DNA of 32,000 nucleotides, taken from positions 2,730,001 through 2,762,000 of the forward strand of contig NZ_JAGIOS010000001.1 in assembly GCF_017876815.1 (NCBI RefSeq), in the 5' to 3' direction. Origin of the DNA: Sinorhizobium meliloti. GTDB taxonomy: Bacteria > Pseudomonadota > Alphaproteobacteria > Rhizobiales > Rhizobiaceae. The translations under genes and the position numbers were made by a program. The notes under the pieces are model-generated. The model was not told the origin of the DNA. It was given only the letters and a program-made list of their open reading frames with translations, and searched no databases. Positions 1 through 10,767 of the stretch are shown here, one piece after another (position 1 is the stretch's first letter; every line of letters begins with the position of its first letter).

Positions 1-171
1 TACATGGTGCTGACCTTCATCGACGCGCCGAAGACCGGCGAAGGCGGGGGACGCACGGCCGGTTCGAATGCCGCCCCGATGGTGCGCGACATCATCAGCC
101 GCTCCGCTCCGCTGCTCGGCGTGGAGCCGAAATTCGGAGAAGACGGTTCTGCCTTGCTTGTGTCTTATTGA
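1..171 (+). CDS. ftsI: C-terminal fragment of the division transpeptidase PBP3 (FtsI); the 5' end lies outside the window
   Basis: Frame 1 is open from the window edge to TGA at 169-171. The tail ...YMVLTFIDAPK..GGGRTAGSNAAPMVRDIISR resembles the end of class B PBP transpeptidase domains. It sits directly upstream of murE, as in dcw clusters. Confidence 0.6.
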   Translation, partial: YMVLTFIDAPKTGEGGGRTAGSNAAPMVRDIISRSAPLLGVEPKFGEDGSALLVSY

Positions 172-205
172 CCGTGAAATGAAAGGCGGACGATTCGCGA
201 TTCCG

Positions 206-310
206 CTGCATGGCTCCCTGAACCCGGAGTCGATTCAAGGACGAGACCATGCTGCATTCAAAGTGTTACGGCGACCTTTGCGCGTCTGAAAAGACGCACG
301 GCGCTGTTGG
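206..310 (+). repeat. Bipartite palindromic intergenic repeat, copy A (full length, degenerate first hairpin)
   Basis: Module 1 is CTGCATG...CATGCTGCA flanking a degenerate hairpin. Module 2 is TCAAAGTGTTACGGCGACCTTTGCGCGTCT-GAAA-AGACGCACGGCGCTGTTGG. It aligns along its length with the reverse complement of 25168-25274 and with 3248-3352. Confidence 0.8.
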
Positions 311-337
311 ATCATATCGATGTGAGACGTGCAGTTC

Positions 338-1798
338 ATGAAGATCACGGACCTGGCGGGATCGAATTTCCCGGAACTTTCGGCGCAGCTGAAGGGCGAC
401 GCCGCGACCATCGAGATCGGCGGCATCACGGCCGATAGCCGGCAGGTCAAGCCCGGCGACCTCTTCGTCGCGGTCGCCGGATCGAAGGCGGACGGGGCTG
501 CCTACATAGCGGACGCGCTGTCTCGCGGAGCTTCGGCGGTCGTCGCCGGAACCGGCACCCCGGCAGAAGCGGGTGCGCCCGTCTTTGCGATCTCCGACCC
601 GCGCAGGTTCCTTGCAAAAGCGGCATCCAGCTTCTACGGACGCCAGCCGGAGACGATGGTGGCGGTCACGGGTACGGCCGGAAAGACGTCCGTTGCCTCC
701 TTCACCCGGCAGATATGGGCGCATAGCGGTTTCTCGGCGGCGATGATCGGCACCACGGGGGTCGTGGCGCCCGGCCGCACCGAATACGGCTCGCTGACGA
801 CCCCCGACCCGGTATCCCTGCACAAGCTGCTTGCCGAACTTGCCGACGAGGGCGTGACCCATGCGGCAATGGAGGCTTCGAGCCACGGGCTGGACCAGAG
901 GCGGCTGGACGGGGTCGAGCTCGCGGCCGCCGCCTTCACCAATCTCGGCCGCGATCACATGGATTACCATCCGACTGTCGAGCACTACATGGCCTCCAAG
1001 ATGCGCCTCTTCGGGGCGCTCCTGCCGAAAGGTTCGCCGGCGGTGATCTTCGCAGACGACCAATGGTCCGCCGAGGCGATCGCTGCCGCTCGCAAGGCAG
1101 GCCACGATGTGCGAACCGTCGGGCGCAACGGCGATTTCATCGCGCTGAAGCGCGTCGAGCACTTCCGCCACAAGCAGTCGGCGGAAGTTCATGTCGGCGA
1201 CGACATCTACGAAATTCACGTTCCGCTCGCCGGTGATTTCCAGATCGCCAACGCGCTCGTTGCCGCGGGCCTCGCAATGTCCACCGGGATCACCGCAAAG
1301 GCGGCATTCTCGGCGCTGGAGAGGCTGCAGGGCGCTTCGGGGCGGCTGGAGCTCGTCGGACAGACGAAGGACGGTGCACTCGCCTATGTGGACTACGCCC
1401 ACAAGCCGGACGCACTCGCAAACGTGCTGGAGTCCGTGCGTCCCTTTACCACCGGCCGGGTCGTGGTGGTTTTCGGGTGCGGCGGCGACCGGGACAAGGG
1501 CAAGCGCCCGATCATGGGAGAGATTGCCAGCCGCCTCGCCGACGTCGTGATCGTCACCGACGACAATCCGCGCTCGGAAGTACCGGAAGTGATCCGTGCC
1601 GAGATCATGGCCGCGGCCAAGGGAGCTACGGAAATCGGCGATCGCGCCGAGGCGATCCGCGCGGCTGTCGGCATGCTGAAGACCGGCGATACGCTGATCG
1701 TTGCCGGAAAGGGGCATGAAGAGGGGCAGACGGTCGGTTCCGTGACGCTGCCTTTCTCCGACCACGCGGAGGTCCGCAAGGCACTGGGAGGTCTTTGA
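338..1798 (+). CDS. murE: UDP-N-acetylmuramoyl-L-alanyl-D-glutamate--2,6-diaminopimelate ligase
   Basis: ORF 329-1798. Contains the Mur ligase P-loop VTGTAGKTS and the DNPR motif (TDDNPRSE) typical of meso-DAP-adding MurE. ATG 338 (MKITDLAG...) is preferred over GTG 329. dcw synteny. Confidence 0.95.
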   Translation: MKITDLAGSNFPELSAQLKGDAATIEIGGITADSRQVKPGDLFVAVAGSKADGAAYIADALSRGASAVVAGTGTPAEAGAPVFAISDPRRFLAKAASSFYGRQPETMVAVTGTAGKTSVASFTRQIWAHSGFSAAMIGTTGVVAPGRTEYGSLTTPDPVSLHKLLAELADEGVTHAAMEASSHGLDQRRLDGVELAAAAFTNLGRDHMDYHPTVEHYMASKMRLFGALLPKGSPAVIFADDQWSAEAIAAARKAGHDVRTVGRNGDFIALKRVEHFRHKQSAEVHVGDDIYEIHVPLAGDFQIANALVAAGLAMSTGITAKAAFSALERLQGASGRLELVGQTKDGALAYVDYAHKPDALANVLESVRPFTTGRVVVVFGCGGDRDKGKRPIMGEIASRLADVVIVTDDNPRSEVPEVIRAEIMAAAKGATEIGDRAEAIRAAVGMLKTGDTLIVAGKGHEEGQTVGSVTLPFSDHAEVRKALGGL

Positions 1799-1799
1799 T

Positions 1800-3233
1800 T
1801 TGAACTGGCTCTGGACAAGCAGCGATCTTCTGGCCGCGATGAACGGCCGCCCGGTCGGAAACCTGCCGGAAGGTATCACCGGCATTTCGATCGACAGCCG
1901 CACGATCGGCGACGGCGAGGCCTTTTTCGCGATCAGGGGCGATCGCGTCGACGGCCACGACTATGCCGGTATCGCGCTTGCAAACGGAGCCGCGCTCCTG
2001 GTCGTCAGCGAAGCGAAGCTGCCGGCGCTCGGGCGCCTGATCGCCCCGATGATCGTCGTCGACGACGTGCTGGAGGCGATGATCCGGCTCGGTTGCGCGG
2101 CACGCGACCGCAGCGCGGCGAAAATCATCGCCGTCACGGGATCGGTGGGCAAGACCACCACGAAGGAGATGCTGAGGCACGTGCTGTCGCCCCTCGGCCG
2201 GGTCCACGCCTCCGTGGCGTCCTTCAACAATCACTGGGGCGTGCCGTTGACGCTTGCGCGCATGCCGGAGACGACCGATTTCGGGGTCTTCGAGATCGGG
2301 ATGAACCATGCGGGCGAAATTCTGCCGCTGACACGGATGGTTCGTCCGCATGTGGCTGTTGTGACCAGCATTGCCGCCGCCCATCTCGGCAATTTCACGA
2401 GCCTGGACGAGATCGCGGCGGCCAAGGCCGAAATCTTCGAAGGCGTGGTCAATGGAGGTCATGCGGTCATCAATCGGGACAGCGCGCAATACGATCTCCT
2501 CGAAAGGGCGGCTGCCGCGGCCGGGGTGAGCCATGTCCATTCCTTCGGCGCAAATCCGAGATCGGAATTCCGTCTGGCCGAGTTCGCCGGCGGAGCGGAA
2601 GGCTCGGTGCTCTGGGCCGGCATCGGAGGCAGAACGCTTGAAATCGCGATCGGCGCCCCCGGGCGCCATATCGCGGAAAACGCCTTGGCGGCGATCGCCG
2701 CGGCGACGCTGGCAGGCGCGGATACCGACCGCGTCGCCGCGTCGTTTGCGACCATGCAGCCGGAAAAGGGCCGGGGGCTGCGGCATCGCCTCAGGATCGG
2801 CACCGGGCACCTCACCGTGATCGACGAGAGCTACAACGCCAATCCCGCGTCGATGCGGGCGGCGATCTCGCTTCTTCGCGACGCCGAGCCGGCGCCCGGC
2901 GGGCGACGCATCGCCGTTCTCGGCGACATGCTGGAAATGGGCGAGCATTCGGCGGCTGTTCATGCGGCGCTTGCGGGACCCGTTGTCGAGGCGGGTATTG
3001 CCGATGTCTGGCTGGCCGGACCCGAGATGGCCCATTTGCGCGACGCTCTGCCGCCGGAGGTATCCGTCGTTCATCGAGATGTGGTGGGCGATCTCACGGC
3101 CTACGCCCTCGGCGCGGTTTCGGCCGGCGACGTCGTGATGGTCAAGTCTTCGAAAGGCACGGGTTGCGCAAAGATCGTCCAGGCGCTTCTCGATGCCTAT
3201 CCGCAGGAGACGGCCGGAGCAGGGGAAGTATAG
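1800..3233 (+). CDS. murF: UDP-N-acetylmuramoyl-tripeptide--D-alanyl-D-alanine ligase
   Basis: P-loop VTGSVGKTTTKEM. TTG start at 1800 is preceded by GGGAGG (1786-1791) with an 8-nt spacer, and lies 1 nt after the murE stop. dcw synteny. Confidence 0.93.
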   Translation: MNWLWTSSDLLAAMNGRPVGNLPEGITGISIDSRTIGDGEAFFAIRGDRVDGHDYAGIALANGAALLVVSEAKLPALGRLIAPMIVVDDVLEAMIRLGCAARDRSAAKIIAVTGSVGKTTTKEMLRHVLSPLGRVHASVASFNNHWGVPLTLARMPETTDFGVFEIGMNHAGEILPLTRMVRPHVAVVTSIAAAHLGNFTSLDEIAAAKAEIFEGVVNGGHAVINRDSAQYDLLERAAAAAGVSHVHSFGANPRSEFRLAEFAGGAEGSVLWAGIGGRTLEIAIGAPGRHIAENALAAIAAATLAGADTDRVAASFATMQPEKGRGLRHRLRIGTGHLTVIDESYNANPASMRAAISLLRDAEPAPGGRRIAVLGDMLEMGEHSAAVHAALAGPVVEAGIADVWLAGPEMAHLRDALPPEVSVVHRDVVGDLTAYALGAVSAGDVVMVKSSKGTGCAKIVQALLDAYPQETAGAGEV

Positions 3234-3247
3234 GGACGTTGCCACCG

Positions 3248-3352
3248 CTGCATGTTTCCTCGAACCGGAACCGGTTTACGGAAGAACATGCGGCAACTGA
3301 AAGCGTGACGGCGGCTCTTGTACGCCCGAAAGGGTGCGCGGCGCCGCAGTGC
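3248..3352 (+). repeat. Bipartite palindromic intergenic repeat, copy E (full length) in the murF-mraY spacer
   Basis: Module 1 is an imperfect hairpin: GCATGTT (3250-3256) pairs with AACATGC (3285-3291) around CGAACCGG/CCGGTTTACG. Module 2 is GAAAGCGTGACGGCGGCTCTTGTACGCCC-GAAA-GGGTGCGCGGCGCCGCAGTGC. It is collinear with copies A and C. Confidence 0.75.
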
Positions 3353-3474
3353 TGGTGGATACGGCCTTCGGCCAGGGGAAATGGCCTAACATAGTCGAAC
3401 GCAAGCGGGTATCTTCTGGCAGATGATTCTGTTGGACGATGTCCGATTATAAACTTCTGGGGGAAAGGTCCCTT

Positions 3475-4575
3475 ATGCTGATCTGGCTTGTGGAACTGGC
3501 GGACCACTTTCAATTCTTCAATCTCTTTCGCTACATCACCTTCCGTACGGGGGCGGCTCTCTTTACCTCTGCCTTGATCGTGTTCCTGTTCGGCCCCGCC
3601 ATGATCGCCTCGTTGCGCATCCGCCAGGGCAAGGGCCAGCCGATCCGCGCCGACGGCCCCCAGACGCACTTCAAGAAGGCCGGTACGCCGACCATGGGCG
3701 GGTTGATGATCCTGACCGGCATCGTGGTGTCGTCGCTGCTCTGGGCCGATCTGTCCAGCATCTACGTCGTATCGACGCTTCTGGTGACGCTCGGTTTCGG
3801 CGCGATAGGCTTCTACGACGACTATCTCAAGGTGACGAAACAGTCGGAAAAGGGCTTCTCCGGCAAGGCACGACTCGGCATCGAGTTCGTGATCGCCGCC
3901 GTTGCCGTCTTCTTCATGATGCAGGCGGCGCTTTCCGCAGGGGCGGCGGGTTCCACCTTCGGCTCGTCGGTGACCTTTCCCTTCTTCAAGGACCTGATGC
4001 TCAATCTCGGATATTTCTTCGTGCTGTTCGGCGGGTTCGTCATCGTCGGCGCGGGAAATTCGGTAAACCTGACCGACGGCCTCGACGGGCTCGCGATCGT
4101 TCCCGTCATGATCGCGTCGGCCGCATTCGGGCTGATCGCCTATCTTGCGGGTAACGCCGTCTTCGCCAATTACCTGCAGATCCATTTCGTGCCCGGCACC
4201 GGCGAACTCGCGGTGATCCTTGGCGCCGTGATCGGCGCGGGACTCGGCTTCCTGTGGTTCAACGCACCGCCTGCCGCGATTTTCATGGGCGATACGGGTT
4301 CGCTTGCGCTCGGCGGCCTGATTGGCACCGTGGCCGTCGCGACCAAGCACGAGATCGTCATGATCATCATCGGCGGGCTCTTCGTCATCGAGACGCTGTC
4401 GGTGATCATCCAGGTCTTCTGGTTCAAGCGCACCGGGCATCGCGTGTTCCTGATGGCGCCGATCCACCATCACTTCGAGAAGAAGGGCTGGACGGAAAGC
4501 CAGGTGGTGATCCGTTTCTGGATCATCGCAGTGATCCTCGCAATGGTCGGCCTCTCCACGCTGAAGCTGCGGTGA
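3475..4575 (+). CDS. mraY: Phospho-N-acetylmuramoyl-pentapeptide transferase
   Basis: Polytopic membrane protein with the [13 protein letters not shown] and PIHHHFE motifs. ATG 3475 ([12 protein letters not shown]...) has GGGGGAAAGG 7 nt upstream, so the upstream extension from 3439 is unlikely. Confidence 0.94.
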   Translation: MLIWLVELADHFQFFNLFRYITFRTGAALFTSALIVFLFGPAMIASLRIRQGKGQPIRADGPQTHFKKAGTPTMGGLMILTGIVVSSLLWADLSSIYVVSTLLVTLGFGAIGFYDDYLKVTKQSEKGFSGKARLGIEFVIAAVAVFFMMQAALSAGAAGSTFGSSVTFPFFKDLMLNLGYFFVLFGGFVIVGAGNSVNLTDGLDGLAIVPVMIASAAFGLIAYLAGNAVFANYLQIHFVPGTGELAVILGAVIGAGLGFLWFNAPPAAIFMGDTGSLALGGLIGTVAVATKHEIVMIIIGGLFVIETLSVIIQVFWFKRTGHRVFLMAPIHHHFEKKGWTESQVVIRFWIIAVILAMVGLSTLKLR

Positions 4576-4581
4576 GCCACG

Positions 4582-5973
4582 ATGATCCCGGTCACCTCAT
4601 TCAAGGGCAGGAAGGTCGCACTCTTCGGGCTAGGCGGCTCGGGCCTCGCTACGGCTCAGGCACTCGTTTCGGGCGGCGCAGATGTCGTGGCGTGGGACGA
4701 CAATCCTGACAGCGTCGCCAAGGCTGCCGCGGCCGGAATAGCCACCGCTGATTTGCGCGGCGCCGACTGGCATGCCTTCGCCGCCTTCGTGCTTTCGCCC
4801 GGCGTTCCGCTGACGCATCCGAAGCCGCACTGGAGCGTCGATCTCGCGCATCAGGCCGGCGTCGAGATCATCGGGGATGTGGAGCTCTTCGTGCGTGAGC
4901 GGCGCAAACACGCGCCCGATTGCCCCTTCATCGCCATCACCGGCACCAACGGCAAGTCCACGACGACGGCGCTGATCGCCCATATCCTCAGGACAAGCGG
5001 GCGCGACACGCAGCTCGGCGGCAATATCGGCACCGCGGTGCTGACGCTGGACCCGCCGAAAGCAGGGCGCTTCTATGTCGTCGAATGCTCATCCTACCAG
5101 ATCGACCTTGCGCCAACGCTCGACCCGACCGCCGGGATACTGCTCAACCTGACGCCGGATCACCTGGATCGCCACGGCACGATGCAGCACTATGCGGACA
5201 TCAAGGAGCGTCTGGTGGCGGGGAGCGGAACGGCGGTGGTCGGCGTCGACGACAGCCTCTCGAGCCTGATCGCCGACCGGGTGGAGCGGGCAGGAACAAA
5301 GGTCGTGCGTATCTCGCGCCGCCACCCTCTTGCCGAAGGCATCTATGCCGAAGGCTCGGCGCTGATGCGTGCGCAGGACGGGGCATCGTCGCTCTTTACC
5401 GATCTCGCCGGGATCCAGACGCTGCGCGGAGGGCACAATGCCCAGAATGCTGCGGCTGCGATCGCCGCCTGCCTGGCGGTCGGCATCTCCGGGAAGGATA
5501 TCGTCGACGGCCTCAGGAGCTTTCCGGGCCTCAAGCACCGGATGCAGCCGGTTGCGAAAAAGGGAGAGGTCGTCTTCGTCAACGACAGCAAGGCGACCAA
5601 TGCAGAGGCTGCAGCCCCGGCGCTTTCGAGTTACGACCGAATCTACTGGATCGCCGGCGGTCTGCCGAAGGAGGGCGGCATCACGTCACTGGCGCCGTTC
5701 TTCCCGAAGATCGTCAAGGCCTATCTGATCGGAGAGGCGGCCCCCTCCTTCGCCGCGACACTCGGCGAGGCAGTGCCCTACGAAATCTCCGGGACGTTGG
5801 AAAAGGCGGTTGCGCACGCGGCAGCGGATGCGGCGCGGGACTCGCAAGGTCCGGCGGCCGTGATGCTTTCTCCGGCTTGCGCAAGCTTCGACCAGTACAA
5901 GAACTTCGAGGTGCGCGGAGATGCCTTCGTCGGCCATGTGGCGGCGCTCGAGGGCGTGAGCATGCTGATCTGA
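4582..5973 (+). CDS. murD: UDP-N-acetylmuramoylalanine--D-glutamate ligase
   Basis: N-terminal Rossmann motif GLGGSG, P-loop [10 protein letters not shown], dcw synteny. Confidence 0.95.
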   Translation: MIPVTSFKGRKVALFGLGGSGLATAQALVSGGADVVAWDDNPDSVAKAAAAGIATADLRGADWHAFAAFVLSPGVPLTHPKPHWSVDLAHQAGVEIIGDVELFVRERRKHAPDCPFIAITGTNGKSTTTALIAHILRTSGRDTQLGGNIGTAVLTLDPPKAGRFYVVECSSYQIDLAPTLDPTAGILLNLTPDHLDRHGTMQHYADIKERLVAGSGTAVVGVDDSLSSLIADRVERAGTKVVRISRRHPLAEGIYAEGSALMRAQDGASSLFTDLAGIQTLRGGHNAQNAAAAIAACLAVGISGKDIVDGLRSFPGLKHRMQPVAKKGEVVFVNDSKATNAEAAAPALSSYDRIYWIAGGLPKEGGITSLAPFFPKIVKAYLIGEAAPSFAATLGEAVPYEISGTLEKAVAHAAADAARDSQGPAAVMLSPACASFDQYKNFEVRGDAFVGHVAALEGVSMLI

Positions 5974-6030
5974 CGGCTCCGGCCGGTAGTGGATGTTGGC
6001 GCACTAGGCGCCGGGAAAGGGGACAGACTG

Positions 6031-7185
6031 ATGGTAAGCCGAGCCGAACGTGGCCCCGTGGCCGACTGGTTCTGGACGATCGACAGATTTTTTCTCGCCG
6101 CCTTCATCCTGCTGATGGGCGTGGGCTTCATGCTCTCCTTCGCCGCAAGCCCCCCGGTCGCCGAACGGCTCGGCCTCGACAGCTTCCACTTCGTCAAGCG
6201 CCATGCGCTCTTCCTCCTGCCGTCGCTGGTGGTGATGGTCGGCATCTCCTTTCTCTCGCCGCGACAGGTGCGGCGCACGGCGATCATCCTGCTCGTGATT
6301 TCCACGGCGATGATGGTGCTGGCTCTGTTCTTCGGCCAGGAGGTCAAGGGTTCCAGGCGGTGGCTGTCGCTCGCCGGCATTTCGATACAGCCCTCGGAAT
6401 TCATGAAGCCCGCCTTTGTCGTGGTCTGCGCCTGGCTTTTCGCCGAACATGCACGGCAGCCGGAAATTCCCGGCAATCTGCTTTCGATCCTCCTCTTCGG
6501 TATCGTCGGGGCGCTCCTCGTCGCCCAGCCCGACCTCGGCCAGACCATCCTCACGACGGTGGTCTGGGGCGGCATGTTCTTCATGGCGGGCATGCCATGG
6601 CTCTGGATCATCGTGCTCGCGTCGGTGGCGATAGGCGGGTTTTTCGCCGCCTATTCCATCCTGCCTCACGTCGCCGGCCGCATCGACCGGTTCCTGACCG
6701 GAGAAGGCGATACGTTCCAGGTGGATACGGCCCGCGAGGCGATCATTCGCGGTGACTGGTTCGGCCGCGGCCCGGGCGAGGGCGTGGTGAAGCGCATCAT
6801 TCCGGACAGCCATACGGACTTCATCTTCTCCGTCGCTGCGGAGGAGTTCGGCATCGTCTTCTGCATGGTCGTCGTCGTGATTTTCGCCTTCGTGGTTATG
6901 CGCGGCCTCAATCATGCCTTCCGTGAGCGCAACGATTTCAACCGGTTCGCGGTTGCCGGGCTGGTCCTGCAAATCGGCATTCAGTCGATGATCAATATCG
7001 GCGTGAATCTGGAGCTGCTTCCGGCCAAGGGCATGACGCTCCCGCTGATTTCCTATGGCGGGTCGTCGATGGTGGCGATCTGCGTGACAGCGGGATTCAT
7101 TCTGGCACTGACGCGTCATCGGCCCGAGAAGCGTGCCGTCGAGCGCAGCCTCTTTCGATCGGGCGTCGGAGTGCCGGCGGAGTGA
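6031..7185 (+). CDS. ftsW: SEDS-family peptidoglycan glycosyltransferase / division protein FtsW
   Basis: Multi-TM SEDS protein with PDSHTDFIFS and SYGGSS motifs. ATG 6031 is preceded by GGGAAAGGGGA (6013-6023). The ORF is open from 5989, but that extension has no SD. Confidence 0.9.
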   Translation: MVSRAERGPVADWFWTIDRFFLAAFILLMGVGFMLSFAASPPVAERLGLDSFHFVKRHALFLLPSLVVMVGISFLSPRQVRRTAIILLVISTAMMVLALFFGQEVKGSRRWLSLAGISIQPSEFMKPAFVVVCAWLFAEHARQPEIPGNLLSILLFGIVGALLVAQPDLGQTILTTVVWGGMFFMAGMPWLWIIVLASVAIGGFFAAYSILPHVAGRIDRFLTGEGDTFQVDTAREAIIRGDWFGRGPGEGVVKRIIPDSHTDFIFSVAAEEFGIVFCMVVVVIFAFVVMRGLNHAFRERNDFNRFAVAGLVLQIGIQSMINIGVNLELLPAKGMTLPLISYGGSSMVAICVTAGFILALTRHRPEKRAVERSLFRSGVGVPAE

Positions 7186-7188
7186 GAC

Positions 7189-8313
7189 ATGGATAAAGGC
7201 ATCATTCTTCTTGCCGCCGGCGGGACCGGCGGGCACCTCTTTCCAGCCGAGGCGCTGGCGCATGAGCTGAAAGCGACGGGTTATTCCGTGCATCTGGTGA
7301 CGGACAGCCGTGCCGAACGCTTCACGGGGAAGTTCCCGGCCGACGAGATTCATGTCGTGCCGTCGGCGACGATCGGCTCGAAGAATCCGGTGAAACTCGC
7401 CCGGTCGGTGTGGAAGCTCTGGACGGGTCTGAGGGCGGCCCGGCGATTGATTGCCAGGCTTAAGCCCAGGGCCGTCGTCGGCTTCGGCGGCTACCCGACG
7501 GTGCCGCCGCTGCTTGCGGCCACGGGCATGGGCATTCCGTCCATCATCCACGAACAGAACGCGGTGATGGGCCGCGCCAACAAAATGCTCGCATCGCGGG
7601 TCAAGGCCGTCGCCGGCGGCTTTCTTCCGGAAGGCACCGGAGCCTTCGCGGCGAAGACCGTGGCGACCGGAAACCCTGTGCGCCCCGCGGTACTGAAGGC
7701 TGCCGGGGTTCCTTATGCGCCGGCTGCCGGCGATGCGCCCTTTCATCTCGTGGTCTTCGGTGGCAGCCAGGGCGCGCAATTCTTCTCGAAAGCGGTGCCG
7801 CAGGCGGTCTGCCGGCTCGACGACGCGCTGCGCCAGCGGCTGAAGGTGACGCAGCAGGCCCGGCCCGAGGACCGGGAAGGCGTCATCGCGGTCTACGAGA
7901 AGCTCGGCGTTCCCGCTGAGGTCTCCCCCTTCTTCACCGACATGGCCGGTCGGATCGCTTCGGCGCAGCTCCTTATCTGCCGCTCGGGCGCTTCCACCGT
8001 TTCGGAAATCTCGGTCATCGGGCGCCCGGCGATCCTGGTGCCATATCCCTACGCTCTCGACCACGACCAGGCAGCCAATGCCGCCGCACTCGCCGCGAAA
8101 GGGGGGGCGCGCGTGATCGCGCAGGTGGAGCTCAGCGCCGAGCGCCTCGCCGGCATCCTTGCGGATGCGATGAGCAACCCGGATGCGCTGGCGCAGATGG
8201 CGGCTGGCGCCCGCCAGACCGGCAAGCCGGATGCCGCGCGCTTGCTTGCCTTGCTGGTAGAGGCTATTGCCAGCGGCTCGACAGTCGCGAAGTTCAAGGA
8301 AACACGCTCATGA
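7189..8313 (+). CDS. murG: UDP-GlcNAc:lipid I N-acetylglucosaminyltransferase
   Basis: N-terminal [12 protein letters not shown] motif, GT28 fold, dcw synteny. Confidence 0.95.
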   Translation: MDKGIILLAAGGTGGHLFPAEALAHELKATGYSVHLVTDSRAERFTGKFPADEIHVVPSATIGSKNPVKLARSVWKLWTGLRAARRLIARLKPRAVVGFGGYPTVPPLLAATGMGIPSIIHEQNAVMGRANKMLASRVKAVAGGFLPEGTGAFAAKTVATGNPVRPAVLKAAGVPYAPAAGDAPFHLVVFGGSQGAQFFSKAVPQAVCRLDDALRQRLKVTQQARPEDREGVIAVYEKLGVPAEVSPFFTDMAGRIASAQLLICRSGASTVSEISVIGRPAILVPYPYALDHDQAANAAALAAKGGARVIAQVELSAERLAGILADAMSNPDALAQMAAGARQTGKPDAARLLALLVEAIASGSTVAKFKETRS

Positions 8314-9725
8314 AGATGCCGAAGACGATCGGGCTCGTACATTTCATTGGTATCGGCGGCATCGGCATGAGCGGTATTGCCGAAGTCCTGCACAATCTCG
8401 GCCATCGCGTCCAGGGTTCCGACCAGGCCGACAGCGCCAATGTGCAGCGTCTGCGGGAAAAGGGCATCAGCATCTCCATCGGGCACAAAGCGGAAAATCT
8501 CGGCGATGCCGAGGTGGTCGTCGTCTCGACGGCGATCAAGAAGGACAATCCCGAGCTCATCGCTGCGCGCGAGAAATTCCTGCCGGTCGTGCGCCGGGCC
8601 GAGATGCTTGCCGAGCTGATGCGCTTCCGAAATGCAATTGCGATCGGCGGGACCCACGGCAAGACGACGACGACCTCGATGGTCGCCGCCCTGCTCGATG
8701 CGGGCGGCCTCGATCCGACCGTGATCAACGGCGGCATCATCAACGCCTACGGCACCAATGCGCGCATGGGCGCCGGCGAATGGATGGTGGTCGAAGCGGA
8801 CGAATCCGACGGCACGTTCCTGAAGCTGCCGGCCGACATCGCGGTCGTCACCAATATCGATCCCGAACATCTCGACCACTACGGCAGTTTCGACGCCGTG
8901 CGCGCCGCCTTCCGGCAGTTCGTCGAGAACGTGCCCTTTTACGGATTTGGCGTGCTGTGTCTCGACCATCCGGAAGTCCAGTCCATGGTCGGCAAGATCG
9001 AGGACCGGAAGGTCGTCACCTACGGCGAGAACCCCCAGGCCGACGTGCGCTTCCACAATATCCGCATGGACGGTGCGACCTCCATCTTCGATATCGAGAT
9101 CCGCCGCCGCCGCACGGGCCAGGTGATCGAGATCAAGGATCTCAGGCTGCCGATGCCCGGACGCCATAATGTCTCGAACGCCACGGCTGCCGTAGCGGTC
9201 GCACAGCGGCTCGGCATCAAGCCCGAGGACATAGCGAGAGGTCTTGCCACCTTTGGCGGCGTCAAGCGCCGCTTCACGCTGACGGGCGAATGGAACGGCG
9301 CGCGCATCTTCGACGATTACGGCCACCACCCGGTCGAGATCAGGGCAGTCCTGAGGGCGGCGCGGGAGGCGTGCCAGGGGCGCATCGTCGCGGTCCACCA
9401 GCCGCATCGCTATTCGCGCCTGTCGAGCCTCTTCGAGGACTTCACCTCCTGCTTCAACGACGCCGATACGATCCTGCTCGCTCCGGTCTATGCGGCCGGC
9501 GAGGAAGCCATAGAGGGCGTCAGTTCGGAAGCGCTTGTCGACCGCATCAAGGCTGCCGGCCATCGCGATGCCCGCCACGTCCCCGGACAGGAGGCACTGG
9601 CGCCTGTTATCGCGAAGATTGCGCAGCCGGGCGATTTTGTGGTTCTCTTGGGAGCTGGCAGCATTACCTATTGGGCCGCGGCCTTGCCCAAGCAGCTCGC
9701 GGAAATTTCAGGAAATCGAGCATGA
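8310..9725 (+). CDS. murC: UDP-N-acetylmuramate--L-alanine ligase
   Basis: [12 protein letters not shown] and [11 protein letters not shown] motifs. ATGA start/stop overlap with murG. Confidence 0.95.
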   Translation: MKMPKTIGLVHFIGIGGIGMSGIAEVLHNLGHRVQGSDQADSANVQRLREKGISISIGHKAENLGDAEVVVVSTAIKKDNPELIAAREKFLPVVRRAEMLAELMRFRNAIAIGGTHGKTTTTSMVAALLDAGGLDPTVINGGIINAYGTNARMGAGEWMVVEADESDGTFLKLPADIAVVTNIDPEHLDHYGSFDAVRAAFRQFVENVPFYGFGVLCLDHPEVQSMVGKIEDRKVVTYGENPQADVRFHNIRMDGATSIFDIEIRRRRTGQVIEIKDLRLPMPGRHNVSNATAAVAVAQRLGIKPEDIARGLATFGGVKRRFTLTGEWNGARIFDDYGHHPVEIRAVLRAAREACQGRIVAVHQPHRYSRLSSLFEDFTSCFNDADTILLAPVYAAGEEAIEGVSSEALVDRIKAAGHRDARHVPGQEALAPVIAKIAQPGDFVVLLGAGSITYWAAALPKQLAEISGNRA

Positions 9726-10696
9726 AACAGGTCAACGGTCAGAAACTTCTCGATTCGCTCGGAAGCGGCGTCGCTGCAATCCGCGGACGTCTCACGCCCG
9801 ATGCCCCGATGGACCGCGTCACCTGGTTTCGTGCGGGCGGCCTTGCCGAACTCATGTTCCAGCCGCACGACACCGACGACCTCGTCGCCTTCCTGAAGCT
9901 GGTGCCCGAAGAGGTGCCGGTGATGGTCGTCGGCGTGGGCTCCAACCTGCTCGTGCGCGACGGCGGTATTCCGGGCGTCGTCATCCGGCTTTCTGCGAAG
10001 GGCTTCGGCGATCTCGAACTCGCCGGTGAAAACCGCATCAAGGCGGGCGCGATCTGCCCGGACAAGAACATCGCCGCCATGGCGCTCGACCATGGCATCG
10101 GCGGCTTCTACTTCTATTACGGCATTCCCGGTTCGATCGGCGGGGCACTCCGCATGAACGCCGGCGCCAATAGCGGCGAAACCAGCGAACGCGTCGTCGA
10201 GGTCCATGCCGTCGACCGCAAGGGCAACAGGCATGTCCTGAGCAAAGCGGAGATGGGCTATGGCTACCGCCATTCCGGCGCGGCCAAGGAGCTGATTTTC
10301 ACGCATGCGATCTTCGAGGGTTATGCGGAAGACAAGACCAAGATCCGCACCGACATGGACGCCGTGCGCCAGCATCGCGAAACGGTGCAGCCGATCCGCG
10401 AGAAGACCGGCGGATCCACCTTCAAGAACCCGGACGGCCATTCGGCCTGGAAGCTGATCGACGAGGCCGGCTGCCGCGGGATGATGATCGGCAATGCCCA
10501 GATGTCGCCGCTTCACTGCAATTTCATGATCAATACCGGACAGGCGACGGGCTACGAGCTCGAATATCTCGGTGAGACCGTGCGCCAGCGGGTGATGGAG
10601 CATTCGGGCGTGAAGCTGGAATGGGAAATCAAGCGGGTCGGCAATTTCATGCCGGGCTACGAAATCAGGGAATTCCTCGGCCGCGCCACGGCCTGA
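9722..10696 (+). CDS. murB: UDP-N-acetylenolpyruvoylglucosamine reductase
   Basis: FAD-binding PCMH-type N-terminus ([12 protein letters not shown]). ATG 9722 overlaps the murC stop (ATGA). The 9290-9721 part of the ORF track is an out-of-context extension inside murC. Confidence 0.93.
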   Translation: MKQVNGQKLLDSLGSGVAAIRGRLTPDAPMDRVTWFRAGGLAELMFQPHDTDDLVAFLKLVPEEVPVMVVGVGSNLLVRDGGIPGVVIRLSAKGFGDLELAGENRIKAGAICPDKNIAAMALDHGIGGFYFYYGIPGSIGGALRMNAGANSGETSERVVEVHAVDRKGNRHVLSKAEMGYGYRHSGAAKELIFTHAIFEGYAEDKTKIRTDMDAVRQHRETVQPIREKTGGSTFKNPDGHSAWKLIDEAGCRGMMIGNAQMSPLHCNFMINTGQATGYELEYLGETVRQRVMEHSGVKLEWEIKRVGNFMPGYEIREFLGRATA

Positions 10697-10715
10697 GCCG
10701 AAATCAGGACCAAAG

Positions 10716-10752
10716 AAAAGGGCCGCGACGGATATCCGCCGCGGCCCTTTTT
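10716..10752. terminator. Bidirectional intrinsic terminator between convergent murB and the transporter gene
   Basis: AAAAGGGCCGCGACGG-ATAT-CCGCCGCGGCCCTTTTT. The GC-rich stem is about 12 bp with one mismatch. An A-run on the left and a T-run on the right let it work on both strands. Confidence 0.8.
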
Positions 10753-10767
10753 CAGGATTATTCCATC

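Noticed and set aside
4920-6755. 611-aa plus-strand ORF in an alternative frame across murD and ftsW.
   Set aside because: Its composition is extremely Arg/Pro/Gly-rich, it has no SD or family motifs, and it overlaps two well-supported genes in other frames. It is a GC-bias artefact.
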